The translations under genes and the position numbers were made by a program. The notes beneath the pieces were generated by a model. That model was not told where the DNA came from. It made no database searches and was given only the letters and a program-made list of their open reading frames with translations. Positions 36,560 to 50,372 of a DNA stretch of 64,000 nt are shown here, piece by piece (position 1 is the first letter of the stretch; every line of letters begins with the position of its first letter). Source of the DNA: Octopus vulgaris (lineage: Eukaryota); NCBI GenBank assembly GCA_951406725.2, contig OX597835.1, positions 42,346,001 to 42,410,000 of the forward strand, given 5' to 3'.

Positions 36560-38130
36560 TTCAGAACAACCACCTGCCTTGCTAATTTACATCTTCTGGG
36601 TCGCAAAAGCTATCAATTACTTTTAATGAGCTATCCAGGCATTTAAGAGGTTAACTGTTTGGTGTGCTTGTAGGTTCTCTTCCAGGGCATCTATCACATA
36701 TGAAGATTACAGTTTTGGATAGTCTGCCAGTAATTCCACTATGTGTGTCCATAGATTACACTGAGTACAGAATTTATACTTAGCCCTTTTTTATGCATTG
36801 AGCAGGGCTGTTTCCCTGAAGGTATCAGGCTCCTGTCTTCTTTGCTTCTAACACCTTCCTCTTTGCCACATTTACCTTAAGGCTCTTCAATTCCAGGTTT
36901 AGCTTCCATACCTGGAATTTCTTCTCTAATTCTCCTGTAGATTCAGCTTGGAGAACTTGATTCCCAGCAAATAGGAATTCCCATGGACAGTCAGTCTCAA
37001 GTACTTCTCTAATAGCTTGTAAGTCTATGATGAATAAGAGAGGACGAAACCTTAATGTCTTACTTCAGTCTTGAAGCCGTTGCCAACTCTCACTTTACTT
37101 ACTGCATCCTTGTACATGGCTTGAATCATTTGCACAAGACATTCATCAACTCCTACTTTCCTTAGAACCCACTGAATTACTGAATGCAGTTCCTTGTCAA
37201 ATGCTTCTGCCAAATTAACAAAAGCCAAGAATAGCAGTTTATTCTTAGCCAGGTATTTCTCCTGCAGTTGCCTCATTAGGAAGATTGCATCTACATCTAC
37301 AGTACCTTCTCTGATGACAAAACCTTACTGCATCTCATCCAGATCTATTCTACCAGGGATAAAATGGTCCATGACTTACTCTTGTGACCTTCATCACTTG
37401 ATCTACAAGTTTGACACCCTCCACTTGCTTCTCTCTAAGGCACCACATTTCCCCTTCTAGCTGCTTGGCCAGTCACTGGATATGACATCCTCCTGAATGA
37501 CTTGATCAACTATCCAGGTGGTAATCTTATATTCCACTTCCTCAGATATTTTAAGCATCTCAGCAGCGATCCCTAATGAACTCCCAGCTTTCTCTTCCTT
37601 GATTACTTTATCTATCACACTGCTGTCAACTTGAATTGCTAATCCCTCTACTGGGTCTGACCAGTCATATACCACTTGACATAGAAAAGATGCTGAAATG
37701 ATCCAATAGTACTCCATCTGGTGAGAGATAATTACTCCATCCAGTGAAAGATAAATTTCAATTTAAATACACAACTGAAAGAGCTACCGACAGTTTCATG
37801 CTTCAATGTTACTTGAACAGGCATATCTATAAAATACACCATGTATCTCTGTTTATCCCATGCATCTCTATGCTCAGCAGCCTTTCATAATAGCACTTTC
37901 ACACCTTCTGTTAATGGTTAGGTTGCCCTCATCATTCCAAACCATTTCTTGTCTCTGATCCTTGAGTTGCAGGACATATGCCAATCTCCACTTTTCCACA
38001 CCATCTTTAGACAAGTACACCCAATACTAAGATGGCATTCAAATCATTAATGCCACCATCCTCCTAGTCTTTCGAAGCCGGTTTCTTAGCCTTGGCTGCC
38101 GTATCAACCTTATTCCACCACCATGCTCTA
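36560..38130 (-). mobile_element. Decayed RTE LINE (RT domain)
   Basis: AIFLMRQLQEKYLAKNKLLFLAFVNLAEAFDK...LVQMIQAMYKDAVSKVRVGNG; many stops and frameshifts; interrupted at ~37656-37856. Confidence 0.85.
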
Positions 38131-38469
38131 AGAGAAAAACTGAATGGCTATAATTCTATTTTGTTGAGCAGTATATTCCAGGTTATGGTCCAAAGTATAC
38201 CAATGGCTTTCTGCTGACTATTGCTCTTGGTAATATTGGTTTCAAATTTTGGCACACAGCTAGAATGTTGGTGAAGGGGTTAAGATGATTACATCGACCC
38301 CAGTGCATAACTGGTACTTATTTTATTGATCCTGAAAGGATGGAAAGCAAAGTCAACCTTGGCAGAATTTGAACTCAGAACATGGAGACAGACGAAATGT
38401 CACCAAGTGTTTTACCTGGTGTGCCAACAATTCTGCCAGTAACATTGGAGACTCTTTCCAGATTTGCTG

Positions 38470-38810
38470 ATTAGAGGTCGGCCTCTTTTATGCAGTCATG
38501 GTTCACTTGGTGACGATTAAAACTGAAATGTAAAAAGTGATGAAAAGTTTTAACCTTTTCCAGGAGAGAAAGAAGAGTTACCTCCCATGGGAGGATGTCA
38601 GCTGTGCATGTGTACGTTTTCTATTCTCTAGTCTGAAAAAGGAGGTGACCACATGGCCAAATCAGATTCGTCCCATGGGAGGCAGCTCTTCTTTCCTTCC
38701 AGGAAATTGTTCTAATTTTTACATCACTTTTTCTTCCATTTTTTACCATTACTGAGTGACCCAGGTCTATATATTTAACCCCTGCAGTAAAGAGGTCATA
38801 GGCCATGTAC
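38470..38810. mobile_element. Old palindromic MITE/foldback
   Basis: Core arms 38568-38592 and 38671-38695 match 23/25 as reverse complements; similarity continues outward about 100 bp. Confidence 0.65.
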
Positions 38811-39000
38811 GTCTGGCCAGCCTATCTCAAAAATTGTCCATAAGTCCCAAGTGTAATAGTCTCAGTCTGAAACCATTGGTAACATTCTGACCAGTCATAT
38901 ACCACAGCCTGCAATTTACTGCTTGACATAGAAAAAATGCTAAAATGATCCAATAGTACTCCATCTAATGAGAGATAATTACTCCATCCAGTGAAAGATA

Positions 39001-40135
39001 AATATCAATTTAAATACACAACTGAAAGAGCTACCGACAGTTTCATGCTTCAATGTTACTTGAACAGGCATAACAGGCATAAAATACACCATGTATCTTA
39101 AAGCAATCTCTCAGTCTCTGTTTATGTGTCATAAATATTTTTTTAAAAACAAGGACCCTGGACAGTAAGAAAAAATGTGAAGAAGGTTGGTGCAAAAAAT
39201 GGAATGAGAAAAAGGAAATGAAATCAAGAAAACTAAGATCCTTGCAGACTTTGACATAGTTTCTGTTATTGTGTTGTAAACCAGAAATATTGAATGAACT
39301 TTCTGCAATGAAGGAGGATGAGGATCTTAGTTTTTATCGATTTTGTTTCTGATGTAGGGAAAATGGTACTCCCCTTCCCACATGACAAAGTGGTATGAAC
39401 CAGCCACTATAAAGTCAGACAGTCAGTTGTTGTAGGAGGTCAGTAGCAGTAGAGTCATTGTATGAGTTCTCAGATGGAGTCAGTGTCAGTTATGTGTTAT
39501 ACACGAGTTCGAATTACTGTCAAGGTAGATGTTTCAAAGTTATTATATTGCAGAACTGTCAGCGATAGCATGATAGACCAGTCAAAGATAATAAGATGCT
39601 GAATACCGCCACAACATAATAGTGGTGACAAGAATATTACGGTGCCGACAATAACATACAAGTGGATGAGGATCCTCGTTATAACAGTGGCAATGACGAT
39701 ATAAACAATTCCTGCTGACAACCCTGAAAAAATAATTTTTTCACAAGAGAACAAACGATTCACACAGATGATGCTGAAATCTTTTTTCGCGTAGAGAAAT
39801 TAAAAACTCAACAGAGGTGTAACAAACATTCCCATGTGACAAAATGGTATGACCCAGCCACTATAAAGTCAGAATATTACAGTGCCGACAAGAACATACA
39901 AGAGGATGAGGATCCACATTATAACAGTTTCATTTTTCATGTTCCAACCTTACGTTTTTTACATTTTTTAAAAAATTTTCTTACTGTCCACTGTCCTTGT
40001 TTTTAAAATATACATAACACATAAACAGACCTTGAAAGATTGCTTTAAGATATAGGGCATATTTTATAAATATATCTGTTCAAGTATCATAAAAACATGA
40101 ATCTATTAGTAGCTCTTTCAGTTGAGTACTTAAAT

Positions 40136-40141
<6 letters not shown>
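39001..40141. mobile_element. Non-autonomous DNA element with ~200-bp imperfect TIRs
   Basis: 39001-39205 vs reverse complement of 39930-40141 (atatcaatttaa.tac.caactgaaagagcta...aaaaacaaggac..tggacagtaagaaaa); internal duplications. Confidence 0.7.
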
Positions 40142-40172
<31 letters not shown>

Positions 40173-40327
40173 GGAGATGTACTTGCATAGCAAGTGACTT
40201 GATCTGAGATCATGTGCTGAAACAAAAACCGTTAGATTCACATCAACATTAAAATTTTAAATGGCATATAAACACCTTCCATGCTGAAATTGTTTATATA
40301 TATATAAATATGTATATATCTCAACTG

Positions 40328-42380
40328 ATGCCCTATAGTCTGGGCTGGCTGATGACTGGAAGGACCAATTTTATAAGGTCCTTTGCAGACTACAACAACA
40401 AATGACAGCAGCTTGGTTATTGTGGCTGTTAACCTCCATAGACAAGTTGGGCAGCACCCCCACAGATTTCATGGTGTGCATGGTGGTTACAGAAATGGCT
40501 CTAGAAATGAGGAGGGAACAAGGCTGCTGGAGTTCTGTGATGTAAATGATCTTATGATGATCTGCAACACTAACTTCAGGAAACCGGCCAGCCATCTGAT
40601 CACCTATCAGTCTGGTGGGCACAGAAGCTGAATTGATAACAGCCTCACCAGACAATGAGACGGCTGCTTAGAAATGCAATGTCTTACCCAGGTTGAAGAA
40701 TGTATAACCCAACATAGGTTACTAGTTAATGATTTCAAAATCAGAGCTGGAGGGGTTTGGAGAAATAAACCAATCTGAAAAAGGTTACGGAAGCTCAAAG
40801 TCCCAGCGAACTGACAAAAATGTAGAGATATCCCAATGGAAGTTTCTGACAGGAAGGAGGAGGAGTTGGGGACATTTAGCTTAAAAGGACAATTAGAATT
40901 TCCTGCAGGACAACCCACCAAGGGCCACAGACCAAATCTGTGGCTGGTGCAAAGTCCCAGTCAGGCCAAGGGTGTCATGTTTCATGGAACGAGGATGTAG
41001 ACAGTCTAGCTATAAAAGCAAAGAGACAAGGCTGGAAAAATGGTGGAAGCTGAGAATTCTATCATGTTGCCAGAAGGGAAGCTGGACGACAGGTTTCCAT
41101 AGCAAAAAGAAAAGCAGAAGGTAAGAGATATACTAATGTTTTACAGCATGAGGACCAGAAGTGTGAGGTTTTCATCAGGATTGCAAAGCAGTGTATTAGA
41201 GAGAATAGAGATGTGGTGGGTGAGAAATGTGTGCGAATGGATGAATGTATGTTTGCACTTTGTGACTCGGAGAAGAAAGATGTGTGGAAGTGCCACTATG
41301 AAGGGTTACTAAAAGTGGAAAATGCATGGGAGGAGGAGAGAATTCTAAATATGGGACCAACTGCAGAACTAGCCACCAGAGTTGACAGCAGTATGATAGA
41401 TAAGGAAATTAAGGATATAAAGACAGCAAATGCCCCTCAAGGATCACTGTTGAGATGCTTAAAATGTCTAGCAGAGTAGGATATGGCCTGGTCACTTGTA
41501 TAGTTAATCAGGTTATCCAGGAAGGCAGCTTCCCCCAATGACTGGTGTAGTAGTATTACAGTCAGCTGCTACAAGGGTAAAGATGATGATTTAGGTAGAA
41601 ACAACTACAAAGGTATCAAACTATTGAATCAGGTCATGAAAGTTACAGAGAAAATTATAGCTCGATTAGGAAAAGAATTAAACTAGATGAGATGCAGTTT
41701 GGTCTTGTGCCTGGGAAGAGTACCACAGACGCCATCTTCCTAGGGAGACAGCTGCAGGAGAATATAAACCATTGTACATGGCTTTTGTCAACCTGAGAAA
41801 GCTTTCGATAGAGTTTCCTCACTCTGTTGTCTAACAGTCTTTAAGACAGCGAGGAGTAAATGAGTGACTTGTTAGAGCTGTACAAGCCATGTATAGTGGT
41901 GCTGTAAGGTGAGAGTTGGCCATGAATAGGGAATTTAGTGTACAAGCAGGGGTCCCCCGGGGCTCAGTTCTCAGTCCGCTCTTGTTCATAGTCCTCCAGG
42001 CCATAACAGAGGAATTTATAACTAGCTACCAGTGGGGGGGACTACCATATGCTGATGACCTCACTCTTATTGCAGAATCTGTAGCAGAAGTGGAGAAGAA
42101 ATTTCAGGTATCGAAGCAAAACCCGGAATCAAAGGGCCTTAGAATTAACCTAGTGAAGACTGATGTTGTTGGCAACAAAGTGGATAAGACTCTCTTTCCA
42201 TCAGGTAAATGACCCTGATCAATATGTAGGAAGAAATCCCATTCATTGCACCAAATGCAAGTTATGGACACCTAAGAGGTGCAGCAGAATCACAGGTAGG
42301 GTAACTGAGAAAGTCGTCTTCGTATGTGGCAGATGTATAGGAAATATAAATACCCAGTCATGTACACAACCATAGACTCT
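40328..42380 (+). mobile_element. Decayed RTE LINE (APE + RT)
   Basis: HGGYRNGSRNEEGTRLLEFCDVNDLMMICNTNFRK..HLITYQSGG (APE); GVPRGSVLSPLLF...YADD (RT); numerous stops and frameshifts. Confidence 0.92.
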
Positions 42381-42799
42381 CTGCATTTATCCTTTCAGCA
42401 TTTAAAATGGCCATATCCAGACCATATTCTCAGTTTTATTTTCAGACCAGCCAGATTCAGCCTCTTACACCTACCCTACAACACCATTCTAAAAATAAAC
42501 ATCATATCACTGAAATCGCTTAGTGACAAGGTAATGCATGATTAATTCAAAGCAATGTAAAAAATAAAATAAGTATCAAATTGGACAGAGGAATCTGGAT
42601 GCTGAAGGATTAAGGCTCAGATCTCACTACCATGCAGCATCATGCTTTATGCACAAGTATCACACAATCTACCTTTCACAGAGAGAGAGAGGGGGGGGGG
42701 AGACCCTTTGTTGCTAGCAGAGATAATAGCTTTTTGGACTTTTTCCAATGAGTTTTCATTCTCCCTATTACTATGCTCTCAAAACAACAATCACCACCA

Positions 42800-43700
42800 C
42801 TGCTGATTCGGTCTCTTAAGTAATAGAAGCTATCAACATCTTAAGGGATACCTGGGCATTAGAGGAAATCAATTTTGAAAGCACTCTAAATGCATAAGGC
42901 TCTTGTGCCCCTGCCATGTAAATTTCCCCTTCTCTGTTAGCCTATCTGCAATCCCACCATACTTCTTGTGTATCAACAGTTCACAATGGTGACACTGTAT
43001 AAAATTCCTCCACACTCCTCCAGAATATCATGGATGGTCATTTCCCTGATGGTTGCAAGGTGCTGTCTTTCTAATTTCTTCTAGGTTCAGCTAGAAGAGT
43101 TAGGTCACCAATACAAGAAGGTTTTTCAAGGGCAACCAATCTTAAACTCTTCTGCTCTGACTTGAAGGATTAGAATAAAGAGAAGGGTGATGACTGAGCC
43201 GTGATGCATACTCACCTTCATGTTGGATCCCTTTGCTATTATCATCACAAACTCCCATCTTTCTGACAACACTTCTGAACCTGGTTTCTACAGCTCCCAC
43301 ATGCTATTTGTCTACTCCAAGCTTTCTCAGTGACCACCAACTCGCATCAGGGAACCCTTTCAAAGGCCTTCTCTAGATCAACAAATGCCAACTAAGGGGG
43401 CTTTATTCCTTGCTAGATACTTCTGTTGCTGTCTTATAAGGAAGATAGCAGCCACAGTACTTTCAGTGACCATAATCTCACAGATTGGAGGAACCCTATC
43501 AAAAGGCTCCTCTACATCAACAAATGCCAAGTAAGGGGACTTATTCTTGGCCTAGATACTTCTGCAGTGGCCTATCTAGGAAGATAGCATCCATGGTACT
43601 TCTTCCTGGCACAAAACCAAACTGCATTGCATCTATATTCTCTTCCTGATCAATTGTGCTACGATTCTTGATATAATCTTCAAAAGCTGATCGACCAGTT
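42800..43700 (-). mobile_element. Fragmented RTE LINE pieces including a local duplication
   Basis: IDAMQFGFVPGRSTMDAIFLDRPLQKYL; RT motif segment present twice (~43360-43465 and ~43495-43600). Confidence 0.7.
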
Positions 43701-43729
43701 AGTAATAATGATAATAATAATAATATCAT

Positions 43730-45930
43730 GCATTATCCTCAAACACTGCAGTCCAGAGATAACCCATAAACTTATCAAAACTGTCAACATCTCCATCTTT
43801 GCAGGGATCTATCCTGATCTTTGGAAACACACTAAAGTGTATCATGCTCCTAAGAACAAGGCTAGCATTAAGAAATGCGGGGACCAATTAGAGAATTGTC
43901 AGTGAGAACCCTCCACTCTACAAAAGCTGAAGATTGATGTTTTATGCTTTGTGTAGTCTGCCAATCCCAGTCAAAAAAGCACTGAAGACTTGAAGCTCCA
44001 CCATTAACCATGATGATATACTAAAACTTGAAAGCTCACATGAAAGTTTTAATGTTTTATTACAAGTTGAGTGTGCATGGGGGGGGGGACAATTTCAACA
44101 AATCTGTCTAATTGTTTCAAACCAGCCGTGCCTAAGAATGCAAACCTTTCAGACCCCTACCAACCGCTGCTTCACTGCACTCACATCTAATATCTCTAAG
44201 ATGATGGAAACAACGTTTCACAACTTTGTTTGAGGGTAATGGAAGGGACACTGCCAGGAGTGGTGGTCTTCTTGAAGGGTCTGTAAGTACTTGTGTATTT
44301 AGTGTATTTGCGTTTATGGAGGGTAATGGTGAATCTGGAACGGTGAAGGAGATAGAATTGGATGAGATTTGCCAAGTGTGGAGGCTTTTGGTATGGGGAC
44401 TGCGTTCCTGGAACTATTGTTTGTGTTGTGAACTGGAGGGAAAGAAAACGGTTAATTCCCAAGATATTTGGCAATTAAAGCATGGCTGAAAGTATTCATT
44501 ACAAACCATTCTATGCACAGCAGAAATTATGGAATTTCTCACTGCCAAGAAATTAAAATACTTTTGGTTGGACAAGTACAGAAGCAGTTCTTGAAAATAT
44601 CGCTGCTAGAATTGGAATAACTGAGTCTTTAATTGTCTGGAAATTTGACAATGAATTGTGTTGGATGAGAGAAAACTTAAAACAACAAATATGTCATGAA
44701 AGGAATGCATATTTTCACATAAAAAAGAAAAAAAGTTATCTCTCTCCTCAATGACTACTGATATGGTTTCTTTAAAGCCCGATCCATTGGTGGTCTACCC
44801 TCCCCTACCAATTACCAATGAGCTCTTTGCTCAGGAGAAATTTGGTGAAAGCAAGGTCATTACCTTTAACAACAGCAAGGCTTTTGACCAGGTGCTGCAC
44901 CAAATCTATCGGAACTGCTAATCTATGAATTCCACTTGGCTTTCATTTCTTGGAAATGGAGTTTCCTGTCAGATAGCACAGTAACTGCATGCTGCACTGG
45001 TGGAACTAATTCTGCTCCTTGTTCTCTCAACCCCAGAATGTATCAGGGTTCATTTTGGCCCCTCCATTTCCTTCCTTCCATACATCATCAATGACTTGTT
45101 TGCTGCCACATTCAACTCCTCCCACATTTACACAAATGACTTCTACTCTTCATTCCTCCCAAACATTCTACCACCATGGATCATCCACTTAAAGACCAAA
45201 AGTATTTCAACATCTTGGCAGTGAGAAATTCCATAATTTCTTACGTATTTATCCCTAAAGGTGGTGAGCTAGCAGAATCGTTAGCATGCCAGGCAAAAAG
45301 CTTAGTGGCATTTCATCTGTCTTTATGTTCTAAGTTCAAATTCTGCCATGGTTGACTTAACCTTTCATCTTTTCAGGGTCAATAAATTAAGTACCTGTTG
45401 AGGACTGGGGTCGATGTACGTTAACCCCTCCCCACAAATTTCAGGCCTTGCACTGATAATAGAAAGGATTACCACTGAGGATCTCTCCTAGTGAAAGCAC
45501 ATCCTTAACATAGCTGGGATCCCATCCCAATAATGGATTCTTCTCTTCAGAGTCAGAAGAGGTTTCAGATTCCAACAACTGCTGACACTCTACAAAACTC
45601 CAGTGAGGGTCACAAAGGAGAACTGCTCTCACATTTGGCACATCTGATTGGTATGAGGTCACACACAGTCTGACCTCTGACCTAAGAGCATGCTGACTCC
45701 TCTCTGATATTTCTACCATTACTACAACAGCTGTGCCTCATCAATGCTGGCTGAGCCCGTCACTCTTCCATTCATCTCCCATCATATCACCTGCATTGTG
45801 CACAATCCCACCAGGCCTCACATTAACTCTCCCCAGTTTTTCTTTCCCAGAATGTCGACCCACAGGAACTTCTTCTCCATTCTTATCTTTCCTACAGCTA
45901 TCACCTTGGATAGGCTACAACCTCCATGGG
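43730..45930 (+). mobile_element. Highly decayed CR1/Jockey-like LINE RT, split by later insertions
   Basis: CSPEITHKLIKTVNISIFAGIYPDLWKHTKV; PKNANLSDP..ALTSNISKMMET; SKAFDQVLH; C-terminal FYHYYN..SSMLA...FFFPRMS. Confidence 0.6.
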
Positions 45931-45950
45931 CACTGTCCCATCCTCTTGAT

Positions 45951-46542
45951 CAGTGGTTCCAAACCTTTTCAGTGGTTCCCAACCCTTTTATTTAAATGAG
46001 TTTTCCCATGGACCTCTTTCAATATACTTATCCTTGTGTATATATATATATATATATATATATAGGCGCAGGAGTGGCTATGTGGTAAGTAGCTTGCTTA
46101 CCAACCACATGGTTCCAGGTTCAGTCCCACTGCGTGGCATGTCGGGAAAGTGTCTTTTACTATAGTCTTGGGCCGACCAGAGCCTTGTGAGTGGATTTGG
46201 TAGACGGAAACTGAAAGAAGCCCATCGTATATATGTGTGTGTGGGTTTGTGTGTCTGTGTTTGTCCCCCTAGCATTGCTTGACAACCGATGCTGGTGTGT
46301 TTACGTTGCTGTCACTTAGCGGTTCGGCAAAAGAGACTGATAGAATAAGTACTGGGCTCACAAAGAATAAGTCCCGGGGTCGATTTGCTCGGCTAAAGGC
46401 AGTGCTCCAGCATGGCCGCAGTCAAATGACTGAAACAAGTAAAAGAGTAAAGTATATATGAAATTCTGAATTTAGTTCCCGGACCCCAGTACTACCTTTG
46501 CAGACCACCAGGGTTCCATGGACCCCAGGTTGGGAATCACTG
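45951..46542. mobile_element. hAT-type MITE interrupted by SINE B (46063-46450)
   Basis: TIRs CAGTGGTTCC.AA.C / GGTTGGGAATCACTG; diverged 8-bp flanks ctcttgat / ctttcaat. Confidence 0.6.
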
Positions 46543-47499
46543 CTTTCAATCAAACCAGACCAAAAGTACTGCAGTGGATTTAATATTCTTGTAATGTATT
46601 CTAGATGTGAATGGAATCCTAATGGAAGACAACTTCCAATGAAGTGTGTGGAACTGGTTTATGTCCAAGGTTGGTTGATTTTTGTTTTTCTTTGTTTTTA
46701 CTATCTTTCGCTATTGGAACAAAACTGGCATTTAAAGAGAAAGCGAAAGAGAACTTCTGCAGCCTAAGAAAATAAACATTGATAATCTCTTCTCTGTTTT
46801 AATCTTTGTTTTAGTTAATATTCTAGCAGGATATGAAAACACCGATATGAACGGATCAATGTGAAAATATGTATAATTCTATTTGCATCTTTGCCAAAAT
46901 ATCAGAGAAACGAGAAAACGATAAATGGAGGAGTGAGAAACAAAACGTACAAATAAAAAACCAAACAAAAGAAAAAAAAGTATAAAAACAAAAACCAAAG
47001 ACATTAACAGAACTTGTTGCTTCCATTTTGTATTGCAATGTCTGCAATCCATGAATGAGATTAAAATATTGCAGCCAAGAAATGGTTGGCAATAGAGAGA
47101 AATGGAGTTATATTGTTCTGCGAAACATTACGTGGTTTGTGGAGTTATCTGCAGTGAAACACACAACAAAAAGATCCATATTCTTCGCTCTCTTCTTTTC
47201 CAGCTGAATTCCATATTCTCAGCTGTTGCCAAATTTATCTGGTGTCAGTGAAGAAATGACATAAAACTGTCGATGATGGAATGGTGGAATTTTAGAGATG
47301 AGTTATCGGAGGAAGTGAGGTGTGAGAGCGGCCGAAAACAGTATATTGGATGGACTAATCATTTATGCAACTTTTGCTATAACCATTTACATTAGGAGTT
47401 CAAATCCCAGCAAGGTTTGCTTTATCATTTAATTTCTCAGGAAGCTGAAGTAAGTACCAATAATATACCATAGTAACAACAAGATATACCATAGTAATT

Positions 47500-48600
47500 T
47501 ATATCATAGGAGAAATATATAGCCAAAGGTAGACCTCTGTACTTGGCTTTTGTTGACTTGGAGAAAGCCTTTGACAGGGTCCCCCCAATCCCTTATCTAG
47601 TGGTCAATGCGGAAACTAGGGATAGATGAGTGATTGGTGAGAGCTGTACAAGCCATGTACCATTATCTAGGTGACCAAGTTAGTAGCAGAGGTGGATGCT
47701 CTGAGAGAGTAGATGTGGGAATAAGATTAGACTGGGCAAAATTCAGAGAACTCCTACTTCTGCTAGCAACAAAGAGCCCCTCCCTCAGAGAGAAAGGCAG
47801 ATTGCATGATGCCTGTGTGTGAACAGCTATGCTACACAGCAGTGAAACATGGGCTGCTGTGACAGCCAAGGGCATGTGTAGTCTTGAAAGAAATGAAGCC
47901 AATATGCTTCACTGGATGTGCAGTGTCAGTGTGCATGTTCAACAGAGTGTAAGCGTAAGAGACATCAGATGTGGTGTGCAAAAGAGACAACTGCGCTGGT
48001 ATGGTCATGTGATGTGAATGGACGAGGATAACAGTGTAAAAAAGTGCCCATCTCTAACTATGGATGGAACCTGTGGCAGAGGTAGACCCTGAAAGACATA
48101 GGATGAAGTGGTGAAGCATGATCTTTAAACTTTGGACCTCACAGAGGCAATGACTAGTGACCAAGACCTTTGGTGATATGTTGTGCTTAAGACCTTCCAA
48201 GCCAAATGAAATCATAGTCATGTCCAACGCTGGTGTCACGTAACTGGAACCCATGCCAGTGGCATGTAAAAGGCACCTTTCAAGAGTTGGGCCACATGGA
48301 GGAAAAGTAGCTGATGCTGGTGGCATATGAAAAGCTCTTTTTGAGTGTTGGGCCTCACAGAGGCAATGACCAAGACCTTTGGCACTATGTAGTAAAATTG
48401 CAGTTGTGGCAGGTGCTGGTGTTATGCAAATGGCACCTGTGCAGGTGACACATAAAAGCACCCTTGTCCGTCAAGTTGAGGCTGCCATTTTGGAAGATCT
48501 ATGCATAACTATTCGCCAAATAGCCGGAGTCTGGTACAGCCTTCCAGCTTGCCAGCCCTGGTCAAACTGTCCAACCCATGCCAGCATGTGCTCTGGGTTC
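47500..48600 (+). mobile_element. Internally deleted RTE LINE with 3' UTR
   Basis: PLYLAFVDLEKAFDRV; LVRAVQAMY joined to YLGDQVSSRGGCSE; MLHSSETWA...RQLRWYGHVM. Confidence 0.88.
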
Positions 48601-49394
48601 AAATAGCAATGAGATCAAATTAACTTTTCATCCTTTTGGGCACTGATACATATAGTACAAATCATGAATGGAGGAAGGGGTGGTACAGGAGGGTCACATT
48701 TTCTGTCTTTCTGAAGAGTGAGGGACACTGCCAGGTCTAAAAATCCCTGACATGCTATATGTCACAACAATACTCCTCCTACCACCATGACCCCATAAGG
48801 AGTTTGGGCCCAAGGAAAGACAATATGATATATATATGTGTAGGTGCAGGCGTGGCTGTGTGGTAAGAAATTTGCTGCCCAACCACATGGTTCTAAGTTC
48901 AGTCCCACAATGTGCTATCTTGGGTAGGTGTTTCCTGCTATACCCTCGAAGCGACTGAAGCCTTGAGAATAGGTTTGGTAGAAAGAAACTGAGAGAAGCT
49001 TGTTATATATATGATAATCATCAGCTAATGTCCGTTGTCCATGCTGGCATGGGTTGGACGGTGTGACCAGAGCTGGCAAGCTGTGCCAGACTCCTGTCTG
49101 ATTTGGCATGGTTTCTACAGTTGGATGCCCTTCCTGACACCAACTACTTTACAGAGTGGGTTGGATGCTTTTATGTGGCGTCACATGGGTGTTTTTACGT
49201 GGCACTGCACAGGCACTTTTATATGGCACCACCATAAGTACTTTACACCACCAGAAGGATCAGTCTTAACACTTCTGCCATGGGGTATGGGTCTTCTTGA
49301 GTACGGCCAGATGCCAGGTAAATCTTGGTCTTTCATCATCTGAAATGAAAGGTTACATGCATGTATGTATATGTATACATATATATATTTCATA

Positions 49395-49517
49395 TTCCTT
49401 TCTGTTGAAGAGTGTAGGCTCGAAACTTAAAAGACTTTCTCACTTTCCCAAGCATCAAACTAATACACCTGCCTGTTGTTCAAAACTTGCCTTTTGTTTT
49501 TCTGTAAATTTCAACCA

Positions 49518-49520
<3 letters not shown>
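49395..49520 (+). mobile_element. Penelope-type terminal repeat with minimal hammerhead-like motif
   Basis: cttt-CTGTTGA-A-GAG-tgtagg-CTC-GAAAC-TTA-aaag at 49398-49433; inverted degenerate copy at ~50005-50135. Confidence 0.5.
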
Positions 49521-49553
<33 letters not shown>

Positions 49554-49666
49554 CTCTTACTCTTTACTCTTTTACTTGTTTCAGTCATTTGACTGCGGCC
49601 ATGCTGGAGCACCGCCTAGTCGAGCAAATCGACCCCTGGACGGACGTTAAACGATGATGATGATGA

Positions 49667-49702
<36 letters not shown>

Positions 49703-49780
49703 AATAATTATTTGAGGGAATATTAATCCAGCATTACAGGAAGAAAAGCAATTTAGAAATACTAAATCAAATTTCACACA

Positions 49781-49816
<36 letters not shown>

Positions 49817-50269
49817 ACATATATACGACGGGTTTCTTTTAGTTTCCGTCTACCAAATCCACTCACAAGGCATTAACGGCCTGGGGCTATAGCAGAAGAC
49901 ACTTGCCCAAGATGCCACGCAGTGGGACTGAACCCGGAACCATGTGGTTGGTAAGCAAGCTACTTACCACACAGCCACTCCTGCACATATATATATATAT
50001 ATATAGTTCAAATTTAGAGAAAACCAAAACTGAAGACAGGTGAAGGAACAGCAAGCAGGTGTATTAGTTTGATGTTCAAGAAGAATGTAAAAGTCTTTGA
50101 CATTTTGTGCCTATGCTCTTCAATAGAAAGGATTGGGAGGAAAAAAGACAAGGAGAGAAAAAAAAATGTAGGGGTGAATGGTTGAACATGATGAAATGGC
50201 TAGAAGAAAGAGGCTGAGTGAAAAAGGAGATAATAACAGTGACTTGGATAAACAAAGGTGCACAAGCAC

Positions 50270-50321
<52 letters not shown>

Positions 50322-50322
50322 T

Positions 50323-50372
<50 letters not shown>

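Noticed and set aside
39497-39763. Hydrophobic minus-strand ORF resembling a membrane-protein exon
   Set aside because: It lies inside a TIR-bounded element, is partly duplicated at 39870-39930, is the antisense of a hydrophilic frame, and has no partner exons.
46605-47340. Possible small exons in unique DNA (46605-46669 on +; 17-nt microexon on - near 47132-47148)
   Set aside because: Splice-like signals only; no recognisable peptide or linked exons.
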